Part shown: piece after piece, positions 51,363 through 61,074 of the stretch
How positions within the stretch are numbered: position 1 is the first letter of the stretch
Layout: each line of letters opens with the position of its first letter
Source: a virus
IMG/VR virus record: IMGVR_UViG_3300009073_000018
Reading direction: 5' to 3' (one strand)
Length of the DNA stretch: 64,000 nt
Position numbers and translations under genes: made by a program
Notes under the pieces: generated by a model
What the model was told of the DNA's origin: nothing
What the model saw: only the letters and a program-made list of their open reading frames with translations
The model's database searches: none

Positions 51363-52488
51363 ATTTATTTAAATCTAATTTTTTATTATTTTTAACTTGA
51401 ATTGAGGAGCTAAGCCCGTTACTTAATATAACAGATTCTAACTTTACTTTTACTTCTTTTTTATTATCTTCTTTTAGAAAAAGTGTAATTTCTGAATCAT
51501 TTTTAAAATATAAATCTGGGGATTCTAAAAATTTAATTAAAGTTAAATATTTTTTATCTGCTAATAATTTTTTTACAGTATTTAATAAAGAAGAAAAAAT
51601 ATTTGTTTCTCCATTAAATTTTATATTAAATCTTTCATTATAAATAACTCTAGTATTTTTATTTTTTTTTAGATAATCTTTATCAAAAAATTGATTAATG
51701 TTTTTAGCAGAAAAAGATTTATTTAAACCTAAAACAATAGCATTATCAAGTAAGAATTTTATATTTTTTTCAGAATGCATTTTATCTATATCTTCTTTTT
51801 CCCAAACACTAGGTAGATAAATTATACTTCCTTTTGTACCTAAAGGTAACCAAGAAGCACTAGAACCTTCCCAGAAATACTGTGTTTTCATATATCCTAT
51901 CATTAAAGCCTTAAAAGCTTTTAATCTAGTAGTATCTCTGACTTCTAATATAGTATCTATTATATTTTTTTCTTCTTCATGAGATAAAAATACTAATCTT
52001 AAAAAACCAAATGTAGCTAAAGTAGCATAAGATGAATTATTTATATGTTTACTACTTACTCCTTTTTGTATATAGAAAACACACCATTCTAATTTTGGAA
52101 CATAGTTTACAATTTTTTTTTTTACATTTAATTCTATATTATCAAACCCAGCATCATTTAATAGTTTTATCCATTTAATTAATACAGCTTCTCTTTTTTC
52201 AGTAATATTATATTTTATCCTTATACAAGAATAAGTTGCTAAATGATTACAACTATCTAAATAAAATGAACTTTTATTCTTATTTCCAATATCTGATATT
52301 TCTAATTTGCTGTGCATATCTTTATCAGCTATAATATTTACTGGTTCAGTACCTTTTTTACTAGGTATACATAATTGAGCTGTAAACATAGATATTTTTA
52401 TATTATCAGCATATTGACGTTCTGTACAAAACATGTTATCACTGACTTCATATTTCTTAAACTTTTCTAATAATTCAGTTGTCACCAT
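51325..52488 (-). CDS. Hypothetical protein heading the amidoligase cluster
   Basis: 387-aa ORF; no recognised motif. Confidence 0.65.
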   Translation of the reverse strand: MVTTELLEKFKKYEVSDNMFCTERQYADNIKISMFTAQLCIPSKKGTEPVNIIADKDMHSKLEISDIGNKNKSSFYLDSCNHLATYSCIRIKYNITEKREAVLIKWIKLLNDAGFDNIELNVKKKIVNYVPKLEWCVFYIQKGVSSKHINNSSYATLATFGFLRLVFLSHEEEKNIIDTILEVRDTTRLKAFKALMIGYMKTQYFWEGSSASWLPLGTKGSIIYLPSVWEKEDIDKMHSEKNIKFLLDNAIVLGLNKSFSAKNINQFFDKDYLKKNKNTRVIYNERFNIKFNGETNIFSSLLNTVKKLLADKKYLTLIKFLESPDLYFKNDSEITLFLKEDNKKEVKVKLESVILSNGLSSSIQVKNNKKLDLNKYESFSERYFSRL

Positions 52489-53177
52489 TTAATTAAAGTC
52501 TGGTTTTTTTCTTTTAACATATCATTTATTCTTTTAAATACATTTGCATTAGTAAAAGCATTAGATCCTGGTTTCATTTTCTCTATAAGAGGATTAGGAC
52601 CAAGTATTATTAAATTTTTTTTATTATTGATCATATTAACATATAACTTAGGAGTTCTACCTAAGAATACAAATATTAAATCACTATACTTATCATTAAA
52701 TTGATTAAAAGTATATTCCATAAATTTGCCCCATATATCAGTATGAGTTATGTTAAATGGATCATCTTTAGGAGCAGTTAAAGCGCAGTTTAATAATAAA
52801 ACTCCTTGTTTTGCCCAACTTTCTAAAGTATAATCAAATCCTTCACTTTCACCTATTTGTGAATCTATTGCTTTTTTAATAATTTGTAAAGCATCAGGTA
52901 TTCTATCACCTTCTGCTCCAAAAGCTAGACCATTAGCTGGTCCATATTTGTAGGGTTCTCCACCTACTATTATTACTTTTAAACTACTTAAATTACATAA
53001 CTTAAATGCTTTAAAAATATTGGGAGGATAAGGCCAAGTTGTCTTGCCTAGAAAAGCATCATTTAATGCTGTTTCAATAATTCTCCATGCTGGCTTATAA
53101 AAATTATACCATGATTTCAAGTTTCCTTTTAAAAAAACTTCACTATCAGTGTTTATTTTTTTAGCTATAGTAACCAT
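52482..53177 (-). CDS. ung: Uracil-DNA glycosylase family 1-like protein with altered catalytic residues
   Basis: IFKAF, KVIIVGGEPY (canonical GQDPY), NGLAFG and SWAKQGVLLLN are present; the HPSP motif reads GPNP. Confidence 0.8.
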   Translation of the reverse strand: MVTIAKKINTDSEVFLKGNLKSWYNFYKPAWRIIETALNDAFLGKTTWPYPPNIFKAFKLCNLSSLKVIIVGGEPYKYGPANGLAFGAEGDRIPDALQIIKKAIDSQIGESEGFDYTLESWAKQGVLLLNCALTAPKDDPFNITHTDIWGKFMEYTFNQFNDKYSDLIFVFLGRTPKLYVNMINNKKNLIILGPNPLIEKMKPGSNAFTNANVFKRINDMLKEKNQTLIKW

Positions 53178-54159
53178 TAAAATATTTAAAATAATTAATT
53201 GTTTCTTCTTTGTTGTTTAATGCTGAATCATATAAATCATCATTTCTGAGTCTAATATGAGTAATCCAATCATAATTGTTTGCTATTAATTCAGACATTT
53301 TAACACCCGTAAGATCACTGTCATACAGTAAAACTACTTTTTTATAGTTTTTTTTAATTAAAGTTAATAACCATTCAGGAAACTTTAAATAACGCTCACT
53401 TAATACTGAAATAATGTTTAGGTCAAAAACATATCTACCAGCTAAGTAATCTTTAACCCCCTTGGTTATATATAATACATTTCCTTTGCTCTCTAGAATA
53501 TCTTTTCCTTTTATACAGTTTATATCTGCATTTCCTAAAAACTTCATGTACCCTATTTCAGGAAAATACATTTGTGTTTTATCTTGTTCTTTGAAATAAT
53601 TAACAACACATACAGTATTTTTAGGATTAAATATTTGATTTTTTATCATATGTTTAGACTTAGCAAAATTAGAATGATAGTATTCTGGAAAATACACTCC
53701 TTCTTTTCTTAAAGTCTCATTATTAATCCCTATTTTTGAATATAGATTATTTTTTGGGTAGTCTCCTATTTGGAAATTTATCGCTACTTTATGTGCTTCT
53801 ACGTTTCTAGTATTTCTTTTCTTAGTGTCTTTTTTTAAAGTATTATCTTTATTTTTAGCTATTTTGTGTGAATTCTTTTTAATATGCCATAATACATGTT
53901 TAGGTTCTATATTATGATATTTTTGAATTGCATCAAAACAGTTTATTGAGACATAAGGAGAAAAGTGCCCACTAAAATCATAAAATCTTAAATCATCTCC
54001 ACTATAGTCAAACCAACAACCTGGTGTTTTGTCTGCTCTTAAATGATTTATTATTTTTTTTCCTAGTTTTATATCCTTAAAGCCTGCAAATTCAAATAAG
54101 GCTACTTCACCATACATCCGTTTTGCTAACTTATAAGTTAATCTTATTGAACTAAACAT
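53161..54159 (-). CDS. dnaG: DNA primase (crAss-type DnaG/Toprim)
   Basis: LRADKTPGC.F…FYDF N-terminus; ITKGVKD and YDSDLTG Toprim motifs. Confidence 0.8.
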   Translation of the reverse strand: MFSSIRLTYKLAKRMYGEVALFEFAGFKDIKLGKKIINHLRADKTPGCWFDYSGDDLRFYDFSGHFSPYVSINCFDAIQKYHNIEPKHVLWHIKKNSHKIAKNKDNTLKKDTKKRNTRNVEAHKVAINFQIGDYPKNNLYSKIGINNETLRKEGVYFPEYYHSNFAKSKHMIKNQIFNPKNTVCVVNYFKEQDKTQMYFPEIGYMKFLGNADINCIKGKDILESKGNVLYITKGVKDYLAGRYVFDLNIISVLSERYLKFPEWLLTLIKKNYKKVVLLYDSDLTGVKMSELIANNYDWITHIRLRNDDLYDSALNNKEETINYFKYFNGYYS

Positions 54160-54190
54160 AAAAAAGAGAACCCTCTTTCAAGGGTTCTCT
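54160..54190 (-). terminator. Intrinsic terminator downstream of the putative SSB gene
   Basis: agagaaccct-ctttca-agggttctct, a 10-bp stem followed on the - strand by TTTTT. Confidence 0.75.
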
Positions 54191-54212
54191 AATATATTTA
54201 TTAATTAAATAA

Positions 54213-55133
54213 TTATACTACATCATCCATGCCCTTAGGATTTGATGTAGGAACAGCTTCTTTGCTAGGGGTACTTACAGTACCATTAACACAATTAGCT
54301 TCATCAAACGGCATAAACTCATAGCTATAAAAATTCTTAGTAATAACTAAATCATTGCTTTTTCTATCTCTTTCAAGTTTTCTAAAATCAAGAAAAGCTC
54401 TTTCATGTACAATAGGGGTGTCATCCTGTAATCTAAAACTAAAGAATAAAGGCAAGTTTGGTTTGCCTGATTCTAAAACTTGAATATTTTTAACATCTCC
54501 ATTATCGTTTTCTTTACGCTTTACAGTATGTAGACAAACAACATGATATCCATTTTCTTTACAAGCCCATTCAAAAAGCGTATTTAATCCTGATACGTCT
54601 CCTTTATACAGATTTTCAAAAGAAATGTTATTTTTCTCCATATCACTTAACCATGTAGGGCTTCCACTATCAAAGTTTAATAATTTTTGAAGAAAGTTAT
54701 GCATAGGTTCCATTCCTGATTTAATAGACTCATAATGGCATGATGTAAACCAGTCCATTTTTGAATTTTCTTTCAACTTTTCAGCTGATTCAGAGTATGA
54801 AAACCTACCTAATGCATTAATAAATCTTAAGCTACCGTTTCTTGAAGTTTCGTCTTCATTAGTGATATAAAATTTAAGAAAGTAAAAATTCTCATTTTTA
54901 CTATTTTTTACTAAAACAGAAATAGGTTGTGTTAACGTCTTTCCACCGTTATTGTTTGGTATTTCTCTTCTCTCATAATTCAATTCATAAGGAGCATCTC
55001 TACCTGTTATATCCTTATATTGTTTCATTGTAGGATTAGCAATTATAGGCAATACAGGAGCTAGTCCTGTAAAATAGCCAGTTTTTGGCTCAGCACTATG
55101 ATTACCTATTCCTGAAAAATTTGTTTTACTCAT
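54213..55133 (-). CDS. Putative single-stranded DNA-binding protein (crAss-like)
   Basis: YFTGLAP..IIANPT N-terminus and a low-complexity acidic tail; lies between the AAA ATPase and primase and is followed by a terminator. Confidence 0.5.
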   Translation of the reverse strand: MSKTNFSGIGNHSAEPKTGYFTGLAPVLPIIANPTMKQYKDITGRDAPYELNYERREIPNNNGGKTLTQPISVLVKNSKNENFYFLKFYITNEDETSRNGSLRFINALGRFSYSESAEKLKENSKMDWFTSCHYESIKSGMEPMHNFLQKLLNFDSGSPTWLSDMEKNNISFENLYKGDVSGLNTLFEWACKENGYHVVCLHTVKRKENDNGDVKNIQVLESGKPNLPLFFSFRLQDDTPIVHERAFLDFRKLERDRKSNDLVITKNFYSYEFMPFDEANCVNGTVSTPSKEAVPTSNPKGMDDVV

Positions 55134-55148
55134 TAAATAAATTTAAGA

Positions 55149-55814
55149 TTAATTATAATAATTGTTCACTTCGTTAATGACTTTTTGTAAATCATTTTCT
55201 ATTAACGTCTCTGAAAACATACCATTAGGAGACTTTGCTGGATATATTCCATATTTATTAGTAACAAAATGATAGGTATTACCATCATCTTTACTTTCAA
55301 CATGGGTGTATAAACATACAGTCATTAAAGCCTGTGGTTCATACTTGTCATCCAACAGTTTTCCTATTGTTTTAATTTTCTTAGAAACTATACTATAGTC
55401 AGAAACTATGTCTTCACTATGAAAAAGTGATATAATGTTTAAATCATCTCTTGTTCCTCTGGCGGTGTTAAATATGTCAAACATATGCTTACCCATCTCA
55501 GAAAACTTATTGTAACCAGTTTCTTTAGCTCTTTCAAAAAACTCAGTCTGCATTACAAAACCTAGATCATCTATAACAATATTTTTTATCTCTTTTCTAC
55601 TTTCACTAATCTTAGCTATAATATTAACTATTTGATCATATTTAGTAGTGGAGAAAATGTTTTTGCTATCTTTATTATACTTTTTTTGACTTCCTTTAAA
55701 AGGTAAGCCTTTTCCTAATACGTTAATTATGTAGGTTTCTTTAGGGTTCAAGTTCTCTATTGAAGTACTTTTACCACTACCAGACGGTCCTACAATTCCT
55801 ATTAATTGTCCCAA
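55149..55814 (-). CDS. AAA ATPase (Sak4/AAA_24-like)
   Basis: Walker A GPSGSGKST; Walker B IVIDD. Confidence 0.8.
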   Translation of the reverse strand: MGQLIGIVGPSGSGKSTSIENLNPKETYIINVLGKGLPFKGSQKKYNKDSKNIFSTTKYDQIVNIIAKISESRKEIKNIVIDDLGFVMQTEFFERAKETGYNKFSEMGKHMFDIFNTARGTRDDLNIISLFHSEDIVSDYSIVSKKIKTIGKLLDDKYEPQALMTVCLYTHVESKDDGNTYHFVTNKYGIYPAKSPNGMFSETLIENDLQKVINEVNNYYN

Positions 55815-55815
55815 A

Positions 55816-56955
55816 TTAAAATTTATTATTTTGAATTAATTTATATGCATGTGCTAACTCATCATACTGTTCATGATGGGGAAGTTCTTTAAATATACCA
55901 GTTGCTCCATCAAAATATAATCCTAATGCTATTTCTGGTACTCCATCTCTATTTTTCAATATAGACAAACTTCTAAACTTCTCTTGTAACTTTTGTATAT
56001 CATATCCTCTGTACGCAGTGTTTTCAAACCGTGAAGGTGAATATAATCCCATAGCTACATTACAGTCTTGTTGTGTTAACTTATGTTCACCTAAGTTTGC
56101 TAAACTAGGTTCTTTTAACTGCTTATTTTGATCTTTAATGAAATCATTTTTTTTATCAGTTGCTGCGTTTTGTTGTTGAACTAAAACTACAGTTGCTTGA
56201 TAACGGTCTCTAAGTTCTAAAAATCTTCTAGAACTTAAATCACTAATTGCATCTTTGATTGTCCTAATACCTCTTGTAGGTTCAGGAGTTAATAAAGCAG
56301 CATGGTCTACAATAATTATTGTATACTCATAAGGATTGTCAGGAATATACTTATCAAAGTACATCTTGTCATTCCCTTCCTCATCTTTTTTTGGAGTTCC
56401 ATCTGATTTAAATAGTTTTTTGTAAGTCACCTTTCCTCTGGATTCAAGATGATCTTTACATTTTTTATATATACCATATGGATTCCTAATATCATCAATA
56501 ACTTCTACACAATCAAAAAATCCTGCTAAGTCTTCTTTAGATTTCTCTACTAAATCAATAGTTTTTTGATCTATTGTATTAGGTTTACCAATACTCATTA
56601 GTTCTCTTTTACTAACTCTAACTCCGTATTTCAAGAACAAATGTCTTGATACTTCTCCGTTAATAAAACTTTGTTTACTCTCTTCTAATGAAAAAAATAA
56701 AATTTTAAACTTTATTGGTGAACTTAGATTTAATCTTTTATACTCATAGGGACTATGTACAAATAAACATCTACTAAATTTAGACTTACCAATTCCTGTA
56801 CTAGCAGTTACTAAATAATAAGTAGACTTCTCTAAACCAGGTACATAGCTTGTTAACCTATCCATTCCTATGAACGGTATACAATTATAATACCCGTTTA
56901 GCCAATTTTTTCTATTTTGTTTTATGTCTTTGATATAATTATCTATCAAACTCAT
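55816..56955 (-). CDS. dnaB: Replicative DnaB-like (SF4) helicase
   Basis: ASTGIGKS, FFSLEES, IIVDH, LVQQ and ILKNRDG motifs. Confidence 0.85.
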   Translation of the reverse strand: MSLIDNYIKDIKQNRKNWLNGYYNCIPFIGMDRLTSYVPGLEKSTYYLVTASTGIGKSKFSRCLFVHSPYEYKRLNLSSPIKFKILFFSLEESKQSFINGEVSRHLFLKYGVRVSKRELMSIGKPNTIDQKTIDLVEKSKEDLAGFFDCVEVIDDIRNPYGIYKKCKDHLESRGKVTYKKLFKSDGTPKKDEEGNDKMYFDKYIPDNPYEYTIIIVDHAALLTPEPTRGIRTIKDAISDLSSRRFLELRDRYQATVVLVQQQNAATDKKNDFIKDQNKQLKEPSLANLGEHKLTQQDCNVAMGLYSPSRFENTAYRGYDIQKLQEKFRSLSILKNRDGVPEIALGLYFDGATGIFKELPHHEQYDELAHAYKLIQNNKF

Positions 56956-57419
56956 ATCATCCTAGATTTACCTATTTGATCATCTTCCTCTACTATTTCT
57001 AAATACTCTAAACATCTAGAATTAATTTTCCTTGTTATTGGATCTCTTTTAAAAAAGAAATATTTAGCATATCCTGGTAAAGACTTCTCTTCACAAAATC
57101 TTTTAGCTGCATCAATTACTTGAGCCTCTGTATATTTAGGATATTCTATAAAGAACTTATTTGCTCTCTCCTTAACCTCGTTAAAGGTGCTTCTGTTTCC
57201 TTTAGGGAAAAACATTTGAACTTGTTTAACAAAGTCATCATTAACTTCTTTAAACTTACCTACTATGTCTACCCCTTCATCTGTAAGCATTAAATCAGAA
57301 TATTTGTATACTGTCTTAACTTTACCCTTGGTCTTTACTAAACCAAGGGCACAAAGTAAAGTAGATACTCTATCCTGAACATCTTTACTGTTCAATAAGA
57401 TTTTTATCTCTTTATTCAA
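56952..57419 (-). CDS. Conserved replication-associated hypothetical protein
   Basis: 155 aa, coupled to dnaB; FP.G.RS…KFF..YP.Y…VIDAA…YFFFK pattern. Confidence 0.6.
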   Translation of the reverse strand: MNKEIKILLNSKDVQDRVSTLLCALGLVKTKGKVKTVYKYSDLMLTDEGVDIVGKFKEVNDDFVKQVQMFFPKGNRSTFNEVKERANKFFIEYPKYTEAQVIDAAKRFCEEKSLPGYAKYFFFKRDPITRKINSRCLEYLEIVEEDDQIGKSRMI

Positions 57420-58713
57420 TATTTATATAGTTTATAAAACTTTCATCTAAACCAGCCAGTGCTGTGTCAAAAAAAACTTCATCTCTAGTACCTTCTAATA
57501 CTAGAACATAGAATATAGGATATGAACTTCTAAGTACTCTACCTAATTCCTGTGTAAATGATTTTGTTTGATTATCTAACTGAATTACCAATCCAGCTTG
57601 AATACCATTGAGATTTTGACCTTCTCTTAATTTTATCACACAGAAAATTCTGTCGGTAACATAGTTGTTAAAGTTAAAGATTATATTTTCACATTCCTTA
57701 TTGCTAAGTTTGCTATGTATTATCTCACCTTGTTTACCTAATTCTTCACATTGATTTATAGATCCAGTGAATGTTATAAATCTTAAGTTTTTAAGCTTAG
57801 TATTTATAATGTTTTTAGCCATATCAGTTTTACAATGTGCAATAAATTGCTTTCTAACAGACGCTGCTCTAAGCCATTTATTTTTGGCCCAAATTGGTTC
57901 TGGTTTACTGTTTTTTCTAGCTATAGCACTCTCTCTCATAAACGTTTTCTTTGCATACTCTACATCTTCCTCAATCATTTTATATTTTTCTTTCTTAGTA
58001 CATAAGATATTTAAAATATAATTTGATGTAGTTTTTAAATCTACCAAATATTCCCATCTTTTAGGATACGTAGTTTCATAAATTGGAGTATCTTTAGTGG
58101 TTTTACCTTTCTTTTTTATATATGTCTCAGTTCTTTCACCTTTATTAGATAACTTAACTTTTATAATATTGACTTTAGGTTCAGGTACTATACCTTCCTT
58201 AATAGCCTTATTAGGATTAATAATATGAGCCATAGTTGGAAAAGAAGTTAATCCACTTAAATTCTCTAATCTATAATCAGATTCAATCGTTCCTGTAGCA
58301 CTTAATGCTGTAAATTTATAAATAGGAATAGTCTTAAGAAGTTGAAATCTATTTTCTGATATATGATGGTATTCGTCAAATACAAAAAGACTATTACCAA
58401 TGCCATAATCTCCCTTTAATATTCTTTTACAATATTTTTTGAGTGAAGCATAACAGAATATTTCACATTTATCAAGTATTTCCTGATAACCACCTTCTTT
58501 AAGTTCATTTTCCCAGTTCTTTATATGTGAGATTTCATTTACACATATAAAGAATTTTTCAATATTTAAATGCTTAGACATGATCTCTGCAGCAGCTCTG
58601 GTTTTTCCTGTACCAGTAGTCCACTTCAAGATCATGTTAGCATTTTCGCTTGCTAATGCAGCTTCTTCTTGGTAAATAGTTTTTTTACTATTTGCCTCTT
58701 TTTTATCAAACAT
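57412..58713 (-). CDS. Superfamily 2 helicase
   Basis: TGTGKT, DEYHH, SAT, LREG and QELGRVLR motifs. Confidence 0.88.
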   Translation of the reverse strand: MFDKKEANSKKTIYQEEAALASENANMILKWTTGTGKTRAAAEIMSKHLNIEKFFICVNEISHIKNWENELKEGGYQEILDKCEIFCYASLKKYCKRILKGDYGIGNSLFVFDEYHHISENRFQLLKTIPIYKFTALSATGTIESDYRLENLSGLTSFPTMAHIINPNKAIKEGIVPEPKVNIIKVKLSNKGERTETYIKKKGKTTKDTPIYETTYPKRWEYLVDLKTTSNYILNILCTKKEKYKMIEEDVEYAKKTFMRESAIARKNSKPEPIWAKNKWLRAASVRKQFIAHCKTDMAKNIINTKLKNLRFITFTGSINQCEELGKQGEIIHSKLSNKECENIIFNFNNYVTDRIFCVIKLREGQNLNGIQAGLVIQLDNQTKSFTQELGRVLRSSYPIFYVLVLEGTRDEVFFDTALAGLDESFINYINIE

Positions 58714-58732
58714 CTAAATTTTTTAAAAAATT

Positions 58733-58756
58733 AAAAAATAACTGCACACAAGCAGT
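58733..58756 (-). terminator. Possible weak terminator after polA
   Basis: actgc-acacaa-gcagt, a 5-bp stem followed by T-rich sequence on the - strand. Confidence 0.35.
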
Positions 58757-58758
58757 AA

Positions 58759-59441
58759 TTAGTGTATCCATTTGTCTCCTATCTCATAATCTGCTTTGAT
58801 AGGAATAGTTTTACAAAAATAATTACCTGCCCCTTCCATACATTCAATAAGAACTTTTCCAACTTCTTCTGAAATGTTTTTAGGACATTCTAATACAATT
58901 TCATCGTGTACACTATTTACAATCTTAACTATATTCAAATAGTTATTGTTTTTAATCCATTGATAAAGTTTTATCAATGCGAGTTTGGTCATATCAGCTC
59001 CTGTACCCTGACAAGGATAATTAAGTGCTCTACGTTCAAACTTGTTTAACATGGAATTAGCTTCTCTGAATTTTCTTTTTACGTGTATAGCTTCAGAATC
59101 TTCACTTTCTTTCCATTTTAATCTCCATAAAGTCCAAAACTTTGAAGATAGGCATCTAAATTTAGGTCTATAATAAGGTTCATTCACATCATGTTTGGAT
59201 GCTATTACCTCTAGTTCTCTAAATTTTTCCATCATCCTATCAAAGTCATGATAATAGGACTTACGTTTTGTTAATTCATTTATTAGGATAAAGCCTCTTT
59301 TAATAGCTGCTTTTTTAGCAGAGTTAAAATACTTTTTTAAACCAGGAAATGCCTCAAAATATTTTTCTTCTATTTCCGCACATTCTTTAACTGGTAATCC
59401 TACATTTTGGCTTATAGTAACAGAGTTTCCTCCATATGCTA
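58759..59441 (-). CDS. polA: Family A DNA polymerase, 3' exon (from the end of motif B through motif C)
   Basis: Reads (t)ta gca tat gga gga = LAYGG…ERRALNYPCQGTGADMTK…VHDEIV; in frame with track ORF 58759-59235. Confidence 0.9.
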
Positions 59442-59448
59442 CTTTTTC

Positions 59449-60003
59449 TTAATCAATAGATAGAAACCTTTTTTTTCCCATAACCATATCAACTCCTTTT
59501 ATTTTAAGTGTATAAAAAGATGCTGTTTGTTTTACTAGTTTATACTTTTCACCTTTTATTAGTAAATTTTTATAGTTTTCTTTAGCAATTACAAAATTTC
59601 TTTTTTTATTTAAAAGAGCTTGTATTCTACCACTATTATCAGTTCCTTTAAAGAAATACCAGTGCTGATCTCTACCACTATATCCTAATGGTAATTTAAA
59701 AAACTTAAAACATCTTTTACAATTTTTTAGTAATTCCGTTTTAGTATCTTTTCCTAAAGAAATAAAAAAAGCAGGTACTCTTACTTCTTTTGCTATAGCA
59801 TCTATAAAATCATCTATTTCTTTTTGAGTATTAAAATAACTAAGAGTGTTACTTATATTAGTTATTGCAAGTATTTTACAATTATTAATATTATTCTCAT
59901 ATAAATACATTGTAGTTTTTATGCCTTCAGGGCTTTTTGTTACAATTTGTATAGTTGCTCTGCTCGTAATAGGGTTTCTTTTTGTTGTTTCTATTTTATT
60001 CAT
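59449..60003 (-). CDS. Hypothetical protein (intron passenger, between P9 and the 3' splice site)
   Basis: 184-aa ORF; its stop codon is followed by only 7 nt, the last being the terminal G. Confidence 0.7.
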   Translation of the reverse strand: MNKIETTKRNPITSRATIQIVTKSPEGIKTTMYLYENNINNCKILAITNISNTLSYFNTQKEIDDFIDAIAKEVRVPAFFISLGKDTKTELLKNCKRCFKFFKLPLGYSGRDQHWYFFKGTDNSGRIQALLNKKRNFVIAKENYKNLLIKGEKYKLVKQTASFYTLKIKGVDMVMGKKRFLSID

Positions 60004-60083
60004 TGATTCACTATAATTTAATTTATTTATATTTATAGCTTGGACTGTCTCACATTCCTTAACTTAATATTAGGAACTTCGTT

Positions 60084-60707
60084 TCAAATAAAATCTACCT
60101 TATACAACATTGAGTCACAAACATACGGTTTAACAATTTTTAAAAATTTTCTAGTTTCATCAGGATTAAATACTAAAAAAAATGATTGATCTCTATTCTT
60201 TCTTTTAGTAATCCTTAAAGTAGGATTAATACTCCACACCTGTTTAAAATATCTTATTATTATATCATGTTCTTTTTTATTAAATGAATTAGTATGCAAT
60301 GATATATATCCTGATTTACCTCTTTTAGTAAGACTTCCATCATCCATATACCATATTGCCAATCCTTGTTTATTTAAATAATTTAACCATCTTCTTTTTA
60401 TAGTTTTATTATTTTTAGGATATAAACATGCTCTTAATTGATTAAATAAAATGGAATCCCTACAATCAAACCTAATAGATTTAAAAAGTACAGATACATC
60501 ATAAATTTTAGATATTTTAAATCTTAAATCCTTCAATAAATTCATTTTAAATTTCATGTATTCTTTTTGTTTAAAAGAATGTTGAGTACTTAAAAATGAA
60601 TTAGCCCTTTTTTTTCTAAATTTTGTTATACAACTATCTCCTAATGTCATTGCAATAACAATAGACATTTGGTCTTTACTATATATTCCCATATATTTTT
60701 TACTCAT
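60084..60707 (-). CDS. LAGLIDADG homing endonuclease (two-motif, LAGLIDADG_2 type)
   Basis: IAMTLGDSCI and LAIWYMDDGS helices; lies between P7 and P3' of the polA intron. Confidence 0.9.
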   Translation of the reverse strand: MSKKYMGIYSKDQMSIVIAMTLGDSCITKFRKKRANSFLSTQHSFKQKEYMKFKMNLLKDLRFKISKIYDVSVLFKSIRFDCRDSILFNQLRACLYPKNNKTIKRRWLNYLNKQGLAIWYMDDGSLTKRGKSGYISLHTNSFNKKEHDIIIRYFKQVWSINPTLRITKRKNRDQSFFLVFNPDETRKFLKIVKPYVCDSMLYKVDFI

Positions 60708-60723
60708 TGTATATATTTCAATT

Positions 60724-61044
60724 TTACTCAGTCTCTACACCGTTTTCTAAAGACAATAAAATATTTTTATTATAATTGAATTTAATTCTCATAGAATCTG
60801 TTATCCATGAATAGTTTTCTTTAAAAGTTCTACTTAAAGATTCATTTTCATTTTTCAATTTATTTATTAAATATATTTTTTCATCTTTACCAAGTGACGG
60901 CACGGGATTGTCTTTATTTATGAAATCAATAATCTCATTTAGTTTATCTTCAACACTTACCCAAGTTTCATGATTTTTTAAAAAACTTCTTTTGTTAATT
61001 AAAGAATAACTAGTACTTTTATTTATTATTTTTATATTTTTCAT
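60724..61044 (-). CDS. Hypothetical protein reading through the intron P5/Q/P6/R elements
   Basis: 106-aa ORF; DNPVP is encoded by the Q element gacaatcccgtgcc and GVETE by the R element ggtgtagagactga. Confidence 0.5.
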   Translation of the reverse strand: MKNIKIINKSTSYSLINKRSFLKNHETWVSVEDKLNEIIDFINKDNPVPSLGKDEKIYLINKLKNENESLSRTFKENYSWITDSMRIKFNYNKNILLSLENGVETE

Positions 61045-61074
61045 ATTTAAAGGTTTTCCCCGTTAGCTAATTAA

